A stretch of DNA of 64,000 nucleotides from Deltaproteobacteria bacterium (GCA_032128115.1 JAQBHB010000040.1:32001-96000), one strand, 5' to 3'. Shown: positions 20,615 to 31,800, numbered from the stretch's first letter. A program made the numbers and translations. The notes: generated from the letters alone by a model not told the origin.

Positions 20615-21484
20615 ATGTCCCTCTGCTCCGATCTTGGCGATGTCCGGGAAGTCGAGCTGACCCAGGGCACCCTCCGCTACCGGGAGCGGGGCACCGGGGC
20701 GCCCATCGTTTTCGTCCACGGTCTGTTGGTCAACGGCGATCTGTGGCGCAAGCTGGTCCCCCAGCTATCCCACCGTTACCGCTGCATCACCCCCGACTTG
20801 CCGCTCGGCTCTCACGAGATCCCCATGAAGCCCGAAGCGGACTTGTCGATCCCCGGTATCGCCCGTCTGCTCAGCGAGTTCTGTTCCGCCCTCGGACTCG
20901 AGCATCCGACCCTGGTTGCGAACGATACAGGGGGGGCCATCACCCAATGGATGATGACGGAGCACCCGAACAGCGTCGGCAGGGTGGTGCTGACCTCGTG
21001 CGACTGCTTCGAGAACTTTCTTCCCGCCATGTTTCGACCGCTCCAGGCATTGGCACACGTTCCGCCGCTTCTCACCGCGGTTCTCCAGCCGCTGCGCCTG
21101 GCTTCGGTCCGGCGACTTCCATTCGCCTTCGGCTGGCTCGCGAAGCGACCCATTGCTCCCGAGTTCGAGGCTGGATACGCAGCACAGATCCTTGCTCAGC
21201 GCGCGATCCGGCGGGATTGCTACAAGGTCTTGCGCGACATCTCGCCGAAATACACGCGGCGGGCGGCGGAGCGCCTGGGGGAGTTCGTCAACCCGGTTCT
21301 CGTCGCCTGGGCGGCGGACGACCGCTTCTTCCCCCCGGAGCACGGGCGCCGCATCGCACAGATCGTGCCGAAGGGTCGCTTCGTGCTTATCGAGGACAGC
21401 TACACCTTCATCTCGGAAGATCAACCCGATGCGCTGGCGAAGCAGATTCTCGCCTTCCTCGAGGAGTCGCCGGGAACCCCTTGA
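20615..21484 (+). CDS. Alpha/beta hydrolase
   Basis: VFVHG, ANDTGG nucleophile elbow (Asp), AGGAG RBS. Confidence 0.88.
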   Translation: MSLCSDLGDVREVELTQGTLRYRERGTGAPIVFVHGLLVNGDLWRKLVPQLSHRYRCITPDLPLGSHEIPMKPEADLSIPGIARLLSEFCSALGLEHPTLVANDTGGAITQWMMTEHPNSVGRVVLTSCDCFENFLPAMFRPLQALAHVPPLLTAVLQPLRLASVRRLPFAFGWLAKRPIAPEFEAGYAAQILAQRAIRRDCYKVLRDISPKYTRRAAERLGEFVNPVLVAWAADDRFFPPEHGRRIAQIVPKGRFVLIEDSYTFISEDQPDALAKQILAFLEESPGTP

Positions 21485-21521
21485 TCGCGCGGCGTTTCCC
21501 GTGGGTGCGCAACGCGCGAAC

Positions 21522-21968
21522 TCAGTCCACCGGGTCGAGCACCACCACCGGAATCGTGCGCGCGCCGGCGCGCTCCTGGTACTCGTCGTAGGGCGGATAG
21601 ATCACGGCCATCTCTTCCCAGAGGCGCTTGCGCTCCTTGCCCTCGGCGACCCGGGCTCGGGCGGAGACCGCTCGGGGCCCCACCATGAGTTCGCAGTCGG
21701 GATTCGCTTCGAGGTTCAGGAACCAGATGGGGTGGTTCGGCAGGCCGCCCTTGGAGGCGATGACGACGTAGCTGCTGCCGGCTTCGCCGTAGATCAAGGG
21801 GAGGGCGCGCGCCTTGCCCGACTTTCTTCCCGTCGTCGTGAGCAGCAGCGTCGGCAACAGGCCAGGCCCGCCGACCGCTTTTGAATCCCACAGACGCGCC
21901 TTCTCCGGGTCGCTCCGGTAGAGCGCAACGTGTTCCGCAATCCAGGGGATCTCGCTGAAGTTGGCCAT
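21522..21968 (-). CDS. Deazaflavin (F420)-dependent nitroreductase/quinone reductase family (Ddn-like)
   Basis: LLLTTTGRKSG, ASKGG..HP.W..NL.ANP, Y..YQ....R.IPVVVL. Confidence 0.92.
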   Translation of the reverse strand: MANFSEIPWIAEHVALYRSDPEKARLWDSKAVGGPGLLPTLLLTTTGRKSGKARALPLIYGEAGSSYVVIASKGGLPNHPIWFLNLEANPDCELMVGPRAVSARARVAEGKERKRLWEEMAVIYPPYDEYQERAGARTIPVVVLDPVD

Positions 21969-22147
21969 GGGGGGCTCCTATCTCGAGGGGTTTCGAGCCG
22001 GAGGGTAGGCGATCCTCGGAGTGGCAGCAGGGCAGCCGCAGATCTGCCTCACCCGATCCGGGAGCGATTCACGTTTGGCGCGCGGCCGCGCTAGGCTCGT
22101 GAACCGGTCGACCCGGTCGGTCGGTGTCTGCGCCCGGAGGATCCCAC

Positions 22148-22813
22148 ATGCAGGGGCTGGTCGCGTCGCTTGGAGTGTTCTTGCTTGGCGCCGTGGGGTG
22201 GACCCTGGCCGAGTACCTGCTTCACCGTTTCGTATTCCACGGCGCTTCGGCGACGCGCCTGGGCGCGGTGGAGCACCGGCGGCACCACGCGCAGGTCGAC
22301 TACTTCGCGCCCTGGTGGCAGAAGGCTCTCGCCGCCGGGGCTGCTACGGCGGTCATGCTGCCCGTGTCCATCGCTTCCGGAGGCGCTGCCTGGGGTTTCC
22401 TCTTCACGGCCGGCTTCGTCGGGATGTACCTCCTCTACGAGGTCCTGCACCGGCGTGCCCACACCCATCCGCCCCGGGGCGTCTATGGGCGCTGGCGCCG
22501 TCGCAACCACTTTGCCCACCACTTCGTCGATCCTCGCCGGGCGCAGGGAGTGACGACGCCCCTCTGGGATCTTGTCTTCGCGACGAGACTGCCCGTGGAG
22601 AGGGTGCGCATTCCCCGACGGCTCGCGATGCCGTGGCTCGTCGATGCCGACGGCGAGATCGGGTCCGCCTACGCGTACGACTACGAGCTGGTCGGAAGCG
22701 CACGCAACGACGCCCTTTCTCGCCAGTCCGACAGCCAGGCGGCGCTGGAGAACCGCAGCCCCGCGACCGGGTCGGCCCGTCCAGATCCCGCGCGGCCCCC
22801 TGAAGCGCTGTAG
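22148..22813 (+). CDS. Fatty acid hydroxylase/sterol desaturase family protein
   Basis: His boxes EYLLHRFVFH, HRRHH, YEVLHRRAH, HFAHH; GVTTPLWD. Confidence 0.88.
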   Translation: MQGLVASLGVFLLGAVGWTLAEYLLHRFVFHGASATRLGAVEHRRHHAQVDYFAPWWQKALAAGAATAVMLPVSIASGGAAWGFLFTAGFVGMYLLYEVLHRRAHTHPPRGVYGRWRRRNHFAHHFVDPRRAQGVTTPLWDLVFATRLPVERVRIPRRLAMPWLVDADGEIGSAYAYDYELVGSARNDALSRQSDSQAALENRSPATGSARPDPARPPEAL

Positions 22814-22903
22814 GAGCGCAACGGCGCGCTCCAGGAGATCCGGGTCCAGGCTCCGGTTCGCAGTCATCTGCGAAGATCTACACAGCGGTTCACCATCAGC
22901 CAG

Positions 22904-24250
22904 TCACTCGATCCCGTAGCGCTTCATCTTCTTGTAGAGACCCTCGCGAGTGATGCCCAGGTGGCGTGCGGTGACGGTTCGGCCGCCATCGTGGGCGGCG
23001 AGTGCCTTGCGGATCAGCCAGGCTTCGATGCGACCGAGCGTCTCGCGCAGGCTCTCCCCCGGGCAGTGGTTCGACTCGATGGGCTCGAGGATTCCCGACA
23101 CACGCTTGGAGAAACGAGCGGGGGTGAGCCGCTCGCCGGGTGCTGCCAGGGCCAGTGCGCGCTGCACCTCGTTCTCGAGCTCGCGGACGTTGCCGGGCCA
23201 GCGGTAGGCCTGGAGCAGGCGCTCCGCTTCCGGCGCGAGACAGACCCGGGGCTTGCGCTCCCGCCGCCCGTGCAGCTCGAGAAAATGTCGCGCCAGGGGT
23301 GCCACGTCGCCGGGTCGGTCTCGCAGCGGGGGCACCGCAATCGGGAAGACGGCCAGCCGGTAGTACAGATCGGTTCGGAAGCCCGGCCCCGGGTATTCAC
23401 CTTCCAGATCGCGATTGGTGGCAGCGATCACCCGAACGTCTACCGACCGGGACCGGGACCCGCCGAGCGGCCGCACCTCGCGCTCCTGGAGGGCGCGCAG
23501 GAGCTTTGCCTGGAAGGGCCCCGAGGTTTCACTCACCTCGTCGAGAAACAGCGTGCCCCGGTCGGCCTCCTCGAACAGACCCTTCCTGTCGCGGTCGGCG
23601 CCGGTGAAGGCGCCGCGCAGGTGCCCGAAGAGTTCGCTCTCCAACAGCGACTCCGGAAAGGCCGCGCAGTTGATCGCGACGAACGGACGCCGCCGGCGCG
23701 GGCTGCGGTCGTGGATGGCGCGCGCCACCAGTTCTTTTCCGGTTCCGGTTTCGCCCGTGATGAGCACCGTGGCGCGCGAACGGGCGGCACACCCCACCAG
23801 GGCGAATACCTCGTCCATGCCGGCGCTGTTGCCCACGATGCCGGACAGGCGGGGCGCGTCGCTGGGTCCGGCCCTGCGGTGTCGGGCAGCACACTTTTCG
23901 ATGCGGGCGATCAGATCGGCTGCTTCCTCGCCCGGAGACTCGGGATTGCGGCGAACGACATCCGCCGCACCTGCGGAAAGCAGAGCCTGGGCCCGGGCGA
24001 ATTCCGGTGCATCCAACCGGATCAAGATGGGCGGGGCACCCGCGTGCACCCGGATTCGTTCGAGCGTGAGCGAGGCGAGGTCCGCATCGGGAACGTCGAC
24101 CACCACGGCGTCGTAGGCGGCGAGGGCAAGCGCTTCGGCAGCCTCGATCCCGGGCTCCCACACGATGTCGAGATTTGGCGCATGGGCCGCCAGGTCGGCG
24201 GCGAAGCGTTCGCCACGGCCGATCCACACGATCGATCGAATTGCGGGCAC
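22904..24250 (-). CDS. Sigma54-dependent Fis-family enhancer-binding protein
   Basis: GETGTGKE, ESELFGH, GAFTGA, WPGNVRELEN, C-terminal HTH; degenerate receiver-like N-terminus. Confidence 0.93.
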   Translation of the reverse strand: MPAIRSIVWIGRGERFAADLAAHAPNLDIVWEPGIEAAEALALAAYDAVVVDVPDADLASLTLERIRVHAGAPPILIRLDAPEFARAQALLSAGAADVVRRNPESPGEEAADLIARIEKCAARHRRAGPSDAPRLSGIVGNSAGMDEVFALVGCAARSRATVLITGETGTGKELVARAIHDRSPRRRRPFVAINCAAFPESLLESELFGHLRGAFTGADRDRKGLFEEADRGTLFLDEVSETSGPFQAKLLRALQEREVRPLGGSRSRSVDVRVIAATNRDLEGEYPGPGFRTDLYYRLAVFPIAVPPLRDRPGDVAPLARHFLELHGRRERKPRVCLAPEAERLLQAYRWPGNVRELENEVQRALALAAPGERLTPARFSKRVSGILEPIESNHCPGESLRETLGRIEAWLIRKALAAHDGGRTVTARHLGITREGLYKKMKRYGIE

Positions 24251-24414
24251 GTGGGTCTCCTTGCACCCCCCGAACGGATGAAGAGCAATTGGCGTGCCGT
24301 TGTCGCGGCGTCTCACGTCCGGCGCGCAGGTCGCACGCGGCGTTGCTGGCCAAAAGGTGGCCGAACGGCCACCGGCCCGCGGTAGACTGCGTGTTCACGC
24401 CGGAGGGGGGCGGA

Positions 24415-26394
24415 TTGCATCGGGGCCGCCGATCGTGTCGCGCAGTGGGGTGTCTGCTTGGACTGGTGCTCGTCGCCTGCGGTCCTCCCGATGGCGGGGA
24501 GGGCGCACGCCGAAGTGGACCGGCCCAGGACTGGCGGGACTACGGCGGCGATCCGGGCGGAAGCCGCCACACGCCGCTCGACGAGATCACGCCCGACAAC
24601 GTCGAGCGGCTGGAAGTCGCGTGGACCTATCGCACGGGTGAGCCCCCATCGGACGGTACTGGAGACGTCCGCTCCACCACGGCCTTCGAGAATACGCCGA
24701 TCCTGGTGGACGAAACGCTCTACCTCTGCACGCCCATGAACCGGGTGATCGCCCTCGATCCCGAGACGGGGGAGGAGCGCTGGCGCTACGACCCGCAGCT
24801 GGACCTGTCGGGGAGGTACGCCAACCAGATGGTGTGTCGGGGTGTCTCCAGCTGGCTCGATCCCGAGCGCGGCGACGGCGAAGTGTGTCGCCGCCGCATC
24901 TTCACCGGCACCAACGACGCCCGCCTGATCGCGCTCGACGCCGCCACGGGCCGCCCCTGTGGCGACTTCGGCGTGGCCGGCGAGATCGATCTCAATCCCG
25001 CTGCCGGGCCGCAGGGGTGGAAGGGCGAATACCAGGTGACGTCGCCGCCGGCGGTGGCCGGCGAGGTGGTGATCGTGGGCTCGGCCGTGAGCGACAACCA
25101 GCGCGACGACGCGCCCAGCGGTGTGGTTCGCGCCTTCGACGCCCGCAGCGGCGCGCTGCGCTGGGCCTGGGACCTGGCGCCTCCCGGCTTCGAGTATACG
25201 CCAGCGAACAGCAGCGGCGCCGGCTACGCCCTCAGTACCCCCAACGTCTGGGCGCCCATGTCGGTGGATCACGAACGCGATCTGGTGTTCGTGCCCACGG
25301 GCAATCCCTCGCCCGACTACTATCGGGGTTCGGACTCGAACCTGGATCACTTCGGGAGCTCGACGGTGGCCCTGCGCGCCTCGACCGGCCAGGTGGTGTG
25401 GGCGTTCCAGACGGTGCACCGGGATCTGTGGGATTTCGACGTCCCGTCCCAACCGAGCCTGTTCCGCCTGGTGCGCAACGGAAGCGAGCGCGACGCCGTG
25501 GTGCAGGCCACCAAGATGGGCTTCCTGTTCGTGCTCGACCGCGAGACCGGAGATCCGCTGTTTCCGGTGGAGGAGCGCCCGGTGCCGCAGATCCGGGTTC
25601 CGGGTGAGAAGCTCTCGCCCACCCAGCCCTTTCCCACCGGACTCCCCCATCTGGTGCCCATCGACCTGAGCCCGGACGATGCCTGGGGCCTCACGCCCTG
25701 GGACCGGGGCGCCTGTCGCGATCGGATCGAGGCCCTGCGCTTCGAGGGCATCTTCACGCCGCCCACCGAGCAGGGAAGTCTCATGTACCCGGGCAATGCC
25801 GGCGGCTCGAACTGGGGGGGCGTGGCGGTCGACTCGGACCGGCAACTCCTCATCGTGAACACGCAGAACCTGGCCTGGGCGGTGACCCTGTTTCCCTCCG
25901 AGGATTTCGAAGCCGAGAAGGCGGCCCACCCGGACCTGGAGGTGTCGCCCCAGAAGGGCAAGCCCTATGGCATGCGCCGCGAGCTGCTGCTCTCGCCGCT
26001 CGGCATCCCCTGCACTCCGCCGCCCTGGGGCAGCCTGGCCGCGGTGGACCTGACGCGCGGCGAATTGCTGTGGCAGGTGCCCCTGGGCACGCTCCGCGAC
26101 GTGGCTCCGATCCCGATTCCCATCACCGTCGGGGTTCCCAACCTGGGCGGGCCGCTCGTGACCGGGGGCGGGCTCGTCTTCATCGGGGCCGCATTCGACA
26201 ACTACCTGCGCGCTTTTGACCTCGGCACCGGCGAGGAACTGTGGAGAGCGCGCCTGCCGGCGGGCCCCCAGGCCACCCCCATGAGCTATCGGGTGCGCGA
26301 CGGCGGGCGCCAGTTCGTGGTGATCGCTGCCGGGGGCTACGGGCGCGCGGGAACCAATCTCGGCGACTACGTGGTGGCTTTCGCATTGGAGTAG
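24415..26394 (+). CDS. PQQ-dependent dehydrogenase (glucose/quinate family), lipoprotein
   Basis: W..YGGD.GG, CRGVS, FQTVHRDLWDFD, PCTPPPWG, QATPMSY; LVAC lipobox; TTG start after GGAGG (start uncertain). Confidence 0.9.
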   Translation: MHRGRRSCRAVGCLLGLVLVACGPPDGGEGARRSGPAQDWRDYGGDPGGSRHTPLDEITPDNVERLEVAWTYRTGEPPSDGTGDVRSTTAFENTPILVDETLYLCTPMNRVIALDPETGEERWRYDPQLDLSGRYANQMVCRGVSSWLDPERGDGEVCRRRIFTGTNDARLIALDAATGRPCGDFGVAGEIDLNPAAGPQGWKGEYQVTSPPAVAGEVVIVGSAVSDNQRDDAPSGVVRAFDARSGALRWAWDLAPPGFEYTPANSSGAGYALSTPNVWAPMSVDHERDLVFVPTGNPSPDYYRGSDSNLDHFGSSTVALRASTGQVVWAFQTVHRDLWDFDVPSQPSLFRLVRNGSERDAVVQATKMGFLFVLDRETGDPLFPVEERPVPQIRVPGEKLSPTQPFPTGLPHLVPIDLSPDDAWGLTPWDRGACRDRIEALRFEGIFTPPTEQGSLMYPGNAGGSNWGGVAVDSDRQLLIVNTQNLAWAVTLFPSEDFEAEKAAHPDLEVSPQKGKPYGMRRELLLSPLGIPCTPPPWGSLAAVDLTRGELLWQVPLGTLRDVAPIPIPITVGVPNLGGPLVTGGGLVFIGAAFDNYLRAFDLGTGEELWRARLPAGPQATPMSYRVRDGGRQFVVIAAGGYGRAGTNLGDYVVAFALE

Positions 26395-26455
26395 GGGCCG
26401 GAGTCTGCCGATACGTCCGCAGTCGACTTCTGCGGAGACCGCAGTCCGGAGTCCC

Positions 26456-27109
26456 ATGGCCCTGCTCAACCGAAGCAAGAGCTACGACCGCAATCGCATC
26501 CTGGGCGACGCGGCCACGGCCCGGAAGAAGGGCAAGACCAAGAAGGCGCTGGGTCTCTACCTGCGCGTGCTGGAGCACGAGCCGGCGAATCCGGACCTAC
26601 ACCGGCGTGCGGCACCCCTGCTGGCCGAGATGAAGCAGAACGAGCAGTCGGTCAAGAGCTACCGCCGGGCCGTGGAGCGGATGGTGACCCAGGGTTTCAT
26701 GGAGCAGGCCACGGGCCTCTACCGGGAGGCCTTGAGCTACATGCCCCAGGACGCGGAGCTCTGGGTGTCGCTGGCCGATCTTCAGGTCCGGCGCGACATG
26801 CGCCCGGACGCCATGGAAAGCCTCTTGAAGGGCCGGAGCCAATTCCGCAAGAAGCAGCACTGGCCCCAGGCGATCCGGCTGCTCGTCCTGGCCCGGAAGC
26901 TCGATGCATACGCCTTCGCGCCCAACTACGATCTGGCCTGTCTGCTGGCCCGCGCGAACGCGAAGGATCGCGCCCTGCGCATCCTGGCGCAGCTGGCGGG
27001 CCACGTGCGGGGACGCCTCCTGCGCCGCGTCCGGGGCAAGCTCTTCCGGCTCTCGCCGAGCCTCGGCGCCGCCTGGCGCTGGATCCGGGCGCTCTTCGCG
27101 GGGCGCTGA
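26456..27109 (+). CDS. TPR-like hypothetical protein
   Basis: Helical repeats (LEHEPANPDLH, PQDAELW..LA). Confidence 0.6.
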   Translation: MALLNRSKSYDRNRILGDAATARKKGKTKKALGLYLRVLEHEPANPDLHRRAAPLLAEMKQNEQSVKSYRRAVERMVTQGFMEQATGLYREALSYMPQDAELWVSLADLQVRRDMRPDAMESLLKGRSQFRKKQHWPQAIRLLVLARKLDAYAFAPNYDLACLLARANAKDRALRILAQLAGHVRGRLLRRVRGKLFRLSPSLGAAWRWIRALFAGR

Positions 27110-27141
27110 TCGCCCCAGGTGATCCCGTGCGAGCCGGCGTT

Positions 27142-28836
27142 ATGATCGGTCGCATGTCGGCCGATGCGCCCCGGACCGGCCCGCCGAAGGCTCCCGAGTC
27201 GACGCAGGGCGAGCGGCTCGCTGTGGCGGGACTCTTCGTCTCGGCCTTTCTGCTGCGCCTGATGCATCTGCAGCAGATTCGCGCTCACGATCCGTTCTTC
27301 GGGCTCCCGAGCGTCGATCCGCGCCTCTATCACGAGTGGGCCCAGGCCATCGGCGGCAACTTCCTGGGCTTCACGCCGTTTTTCATGGCCCCCCTGTATC
27401 CGTACACCCTGGCGCTGCTCTATGCCGTTACGGGTCCCGACCTGCTGGCGGCCCGCCTCCTGAACTGCCTGCTCGGGGCGCTCACGTGCGTGCTGGTCTG
27501 GCGCCTGGCCCGTGAATTCTTCGACCGCCGGGTGGCGCTCCTGGCGGGTGCGCTCACCGCCCTCTACTCGATGCTGATCTTCTACGAAGGCAGCCTGCTG
27601 GCGGAAAACCTGATCGCCCCCCTCACGCTGTGCGTCGTGCTCACGTCGGTGCGGGCACTGGGCGAGCCGCGGGTTTCCCGCTGGCTGCTGGCGGGGGCCG
27701 TGTTGGGCCTCGCCGCCACCGCCCGCCAGAACGTGTTGCTCTACGCACCGTTGATGCTGGGATGGATGGCCTGGAGCCTGCGGGATCGGGTGGCTCCCAT
27801 GCGCCGCCTGGGTCTGGCCGCGGGGTACGCACTGGGCCTGGCGCTGCTGGTGCTGCCCGTCACCCTGCGCAATCTGGTGGTGACCGGAGACGCGGCACTC
27901 ATCGCCACGTCCGGAGGCTCGAACTTCTACGCGGGAAACAATCCCGAGGCCAACGGTGCCTATCGCATTCCCAGTCGCTTCCCGCGCGCGCAGAGCGACG
28001 ATGCGATCGAGCAGGCCGCCATCTACCACGCTACGGCGGAGCGGGAGCAGGGGCGCCCGCTGCGCGCCTCGGAGGCTTCTGCCTACTGGTTCGGGCAGGG
28101 CCTGGCGTTCATCCGCAACGATCCGAGTGCCTGGCTGCGGCTCGAGTGGCGCAAGCTGCGGCGCTTCTGGAACGCGGACGAGATCTGGAACAACCGGTCG
28201 TACGAACTCACCCGGGAGTTCTCGTGGCTGCTGCGCCTGCCCCTGGTGAGTTTCGGGGTGCTTGCGCCCCTGGCGTTGCTTGGGCTTGGACTGACCGTGC
28301 GCGACTGGCGGGGGCTCTTCCCATTGCACGCCATGATCGCCGTCTACCTGGCCACCGCGTTGGCGCTGTTCGTGTTGTCGCGTTACCGCGTGCCCGTGGT
28401 GCCGCTGCTTGCGGTCTTCGCGGCGGCGGCGGCGGTTCGCCTGGTGGAAGATGCCCGGGCCCAGAAGTGGCGAGGCCTGGCCGCGGCGCTCGTGGCGCTC
28501 GCCGCGCTCGTCGCCTTCACGCGGCTGCCCTTTCCGGAAGCGAGCCTTGGCATGGCCCACTACAACCTGGCCAATCGCTACCAGGCCCTGGGCCAGTGGG
28601 ATCGGGCCATCGCGCACTACGGCCAGGCCATCGCGGACGACCCCGACTACATCTCCAGCTACAACAACCTGGCAGTGGTCTTCGAAGAGATGGGGAGCCA
28701 TCGCGACCAGGCCATTGCGACCTGGCAGCGGGTGCTCGAGTTGGCGAACGAGCAGGGCCTCGAGCGCCACGCCGAGCGCGCCCGCCGTCACCTGATCGAA
28801 CTCCAGGCGGACGGCGCCGGGCACAGCGATCGCTAG
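27142..28836 (+). CDS. GT39/ArnT-like membrane glycosyltransferase with C-terminal TPRs
   Basis: D...YH.WA, APLYPY.LA, NFYAGNNPEANG, RYRVP; TPR AHYNLA..SYNNLA. Confidence 0.8.
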   Translation: MIGRMSADAPRTGPPKAPESTQGERLAVAGLFVSAFLLRLMHLQQIRAHDPFFGLPSVDPRLYHEWAQAIGGNFLGFTPFFMAPLYPYTLALLYAVTGPDLLAARLLNCLLGALTCVLVWRLAREFFDRRVALLAGALTALYSMLIFYEGSLLAENLIAPLTLCVVLTSVRALGEPRVSRWLLAGAVLGLAATARQNVLLYAPLMLGWMAWSLRDRVAPMRRLGLAAGYALGLALLVLPVTLRNLVVTGDAALIATSGGSNFYAGNNPEANGAYRIPSRFPRAQSDDAIEQAAIYHATAEREQGRPLRASEASAYWFGQGLAFIRNDPSAWLRLEWRKLRRFWNADEIWNNRSYELTREFSWLLRLPLVSFGVLAPLALLGLGLTVRDWRGLFPLHAMIAVYLATALALFVLSRYRVPVVPLLAVFAAAAAVRLVEDARAQKWRGLAAALVALAALVAFTRLPFPEASLGMAHYNLANRYQALGQWDRAIAHYGQAIADDPDYISSYNNLAVVFEEMGSHRDQAIATWQRVLELANEQGLERHAERARRHLIELQADGAGHSDR

Positions 28837-28849
28837 AGGGATCCCGGCT

Positions 28850-28888
28850 CGGGATCAGCGCTTCCACACCCGGGATCAGCGCTTCCAC
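28850..28888. repeat. 18-bp direct repeat, 2 copies, period 21
   Basis: CGGGATCAGCGCTTCCAC at 28850-28867 and 28871-28888. Confidence 0.85.
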
Positions 28889-31800
28889 CAGAAGGGGTGG
28901 AAGCTGCCGCAGTCCACTCTGCCGAACTTCTCGCCCTGGATCTTGTTGCCGTTGCTGAGCTCCACGGGCTGGTCGCCCTCGAAGCGGTGATCGATCTGGC
29001 CGTCGAAATCCACGTCCTCGTCCTGGATTGACGCGCCGTTGGCGGCCACCGACTGCACCACGTCGGGCATGCGGTCATCGTTGGTGTCGGCGTCCAGGCG
29101 CACCCGCTGGCCGTTCTGGTAGACCTCGCGAACGTCGGCCACGCCATTGCCCGTGGTGTCTACCAACACCTCCACCACGATGCCGCTCTCGATGATCGCG
29201 CGGGTATTGAGCTTTGCTCCCTTCTCGTTGAGGGTGCATTGGGCGGTGACCTGCCCCGAGGCATCGAGATAGAGCTTTCGATCGGGCTGGCCGTTGCTTG
29301 ACACCTCCTGGATCGTGACCCGTCCAGATTTGTCCAGGTGGTTGAACACGTCCGGCTTGCCGCCGCCCTTCGTGTCCTGGCCCTGGCGCACCATGCGCCC
29401 CGCCTCGAAGTAGCTCCACACGTTGGTCTTGCAGTTGCCCGTGTTGTCCGTGTACTCGGCGCGCACCTGCTCGTTGCCGTCGAACCACTGCTTCAGGTCG
29501 ACGCATCCGTCTCCCCGCGTGTCCTGTTCCAGGCGGGCCAGCTTGCCCTTCTCGAACCAGACACTGAGATCCACTTTGCCGTCTCCGGTTCGATCCTCCT
29601 CTTTCTTGAGGACCGTGTCCTTCGCATCCGTGGTGATCCAGGTGTCGATGACTCCGTTTCCGTTGGTGTCGGCTTCCTGAACGCGGTGGCCGTCGGCGCT
29701 GGCCATGCTGCGCCGATCGATGGTCCCGTCGAAGTCCGAGTCCTCTTCCTGGCGCACCATCTCACCCGCTTCGTAGTACACGAAGAGATCCGGGGCGCCA
29801 TCGCGGTTGCGGTCCTTCTCGGTCTTCTGCTTCATGCCGTTCTCGAAATACGTCACCGTCTCGAGACGTGCATCGTGGTCCGAGTCCTCGTCGATGCGAA
29901 GTACCCGCTCCCGGTCGTCGAACAGGGTGATCAGGTCCGGGGTCCCGTCCGCGTTGCGGTCCTCGGCCTGGCGCGCCCGGCGGCCCTGCTTGTATTCGAT
30001 CTTCACGTTGGGCTGTCCGTCGCCATCCGTGTCGCTCTCGGAGAGCACGGGCTGGCCGGCCTGGTAGTGGGTCACCAGCTCGGGGCGCCCGTCGTGATCC
30101 TGGTCGGCCTCCTCGCGAATCAGGACGCCGTCGGAGTAGATCTTGTACAGGTCTGGATTGCCGTCCCCGTTGCGGTCGATCTCCTCCCGGCCGGGTCGTT
30201 CGGATTCGTCGAAGCGGACCACCACATCCGGTTTGCCGTCGCCGTCCGTATCCAGGCTCTGGCTGGTCTGGCGGCCGTTCTCGAATACGATCACCGAGTC
30301 GAATTCGCCGTCGCCCCGGGTGTCCTGGCGCTGGCTCGTCGGGACGCCGTTCTCGTACAGGGTCACCACGTCGTAGCGGCCGTCTCCGCGGGTATCGCGC
30401 TCGTCCTGGGTCTTGACGCCGCCCGCGTAGGCGACGCGCAGGTCGAATTTCCCGTCGCCATCGGTGTCGCGCTCCTCGCTCACGGGCTGACCGGCCCCGT
30501 CCAGGCTGCCGCGGGCGTCCACGCGACCATCGAAATCGCTGTCTTCCTCGAAGCCCCGGGGCACGCCTTTCGCGAAGGTCAGGGTGTAGTCGGGCTTCTC
30601 GTCGCCCCCCCGGTCTTCCTCGATCTTCTGGGTGACGCCGCGCGGGTCATTGGTGCGCCAGGAGTCGACGCGTCCGTTGCCGTCGCGGTCTCGTTGTACC
30701 GTCAACTCCTTTCCCGTCTTCGGGTGGAGTCGCACCCAGGTATCCACCGCACCGCTGTGGTCCGAGTCCTGTTCCTGGCGGATCAGGGCGCCGTGCTCGT
30801 CGTAGAAGTTCCAGAGGTCGGTCTTGCCGTTGGCGTTCTCGTCCAGCTCGACGCGAGCGAGCTTTCCGGCCTCGAAGAACTCCCGGCGGGGCATGGCGCC
30901 GCCTTCGTCGCCGCCGATGGTGCGACGTGCGATCTGATCGCCGTCGTACTCGTTGCGGGTCTCCAGGCTGCCGTCGTGGTCTTCGTCCAGGATCTCCACC
31001 AGCAGGGTGCCCTTCCCATCGAAGCGGTAGCGCGCGTCCAGCTTGCCGTCGCCGCTGCGATCTTCCTCCTGCACCGACTTCAACCCGTTTTCGAACACGA
31101 TGAAGGTGTCCATGCGGCCGTCCAGGTCGGTGTCGGCCTTGCGGCGGGTCGGTTGGTCGCCCGCGAATTCGGTGATCACGTCCGGCTTCCCGTCCCGGTT
31201 CTTGTCCTCCTCTTCCCGGACCTCGAGGCCCTTCTCGAACAGGCGCACCAGGTCCAGGCTGCCGTCCTGGTCGGTGTCCAACTCCTCGCGCTGCTTGCGG
31301 CCCTTCGCGTCCAGCAGGATCAGGAGGTCGGCGTTGCCGTCGCCGTCGTCGTCGCGCCACTGCCGGCGCTCCGTGCCCTCCTCGAAATAGGCCACCGACT
31401 CGAATCGCCCGTCGCCGGTGGAGTCGGCCTCGCGGCGCAGGATCTTCCCGTCGCGGTAGTGGGTGATCACGTCCGGTTTGCCCGACCCGTTGGTGTCCTC
31501 CTCGACCCGGATCTTCTGCTCGTTCTCGAAATGGATGGCCACATCGAAGGCACCGTCGCCGGTGGTGTCCTGCTGCTCCAGCAGCTTGGTGCCGTCTGGG
31601 TTGAAGCGGGCCCGGGCGTCGACCACGCCGTTGAAGTTCCTGTCTTCGTCGATCAGGATGGGCGTGCCGTTGCGGTAGCTGACCCAGCGATCGACCTTGC
31701 GGTCGAAGTTGGTGTCCTCTTCCAGCTTCGCCGGCAGGCTGCCTTCGTAGGAGAGGGTGGCATCGGGGCGACCGTCGGCGTTCCGGTCGTCCAGTTGGGT

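Noticed and set aside
24347..24361. Sigma54 promoter for the PQQ dehydrogenase (GG-N10-GC)
   Set aside because: It has TGGC instead of TTGC and weak flanks; such matches are common in GC-rich DNA.
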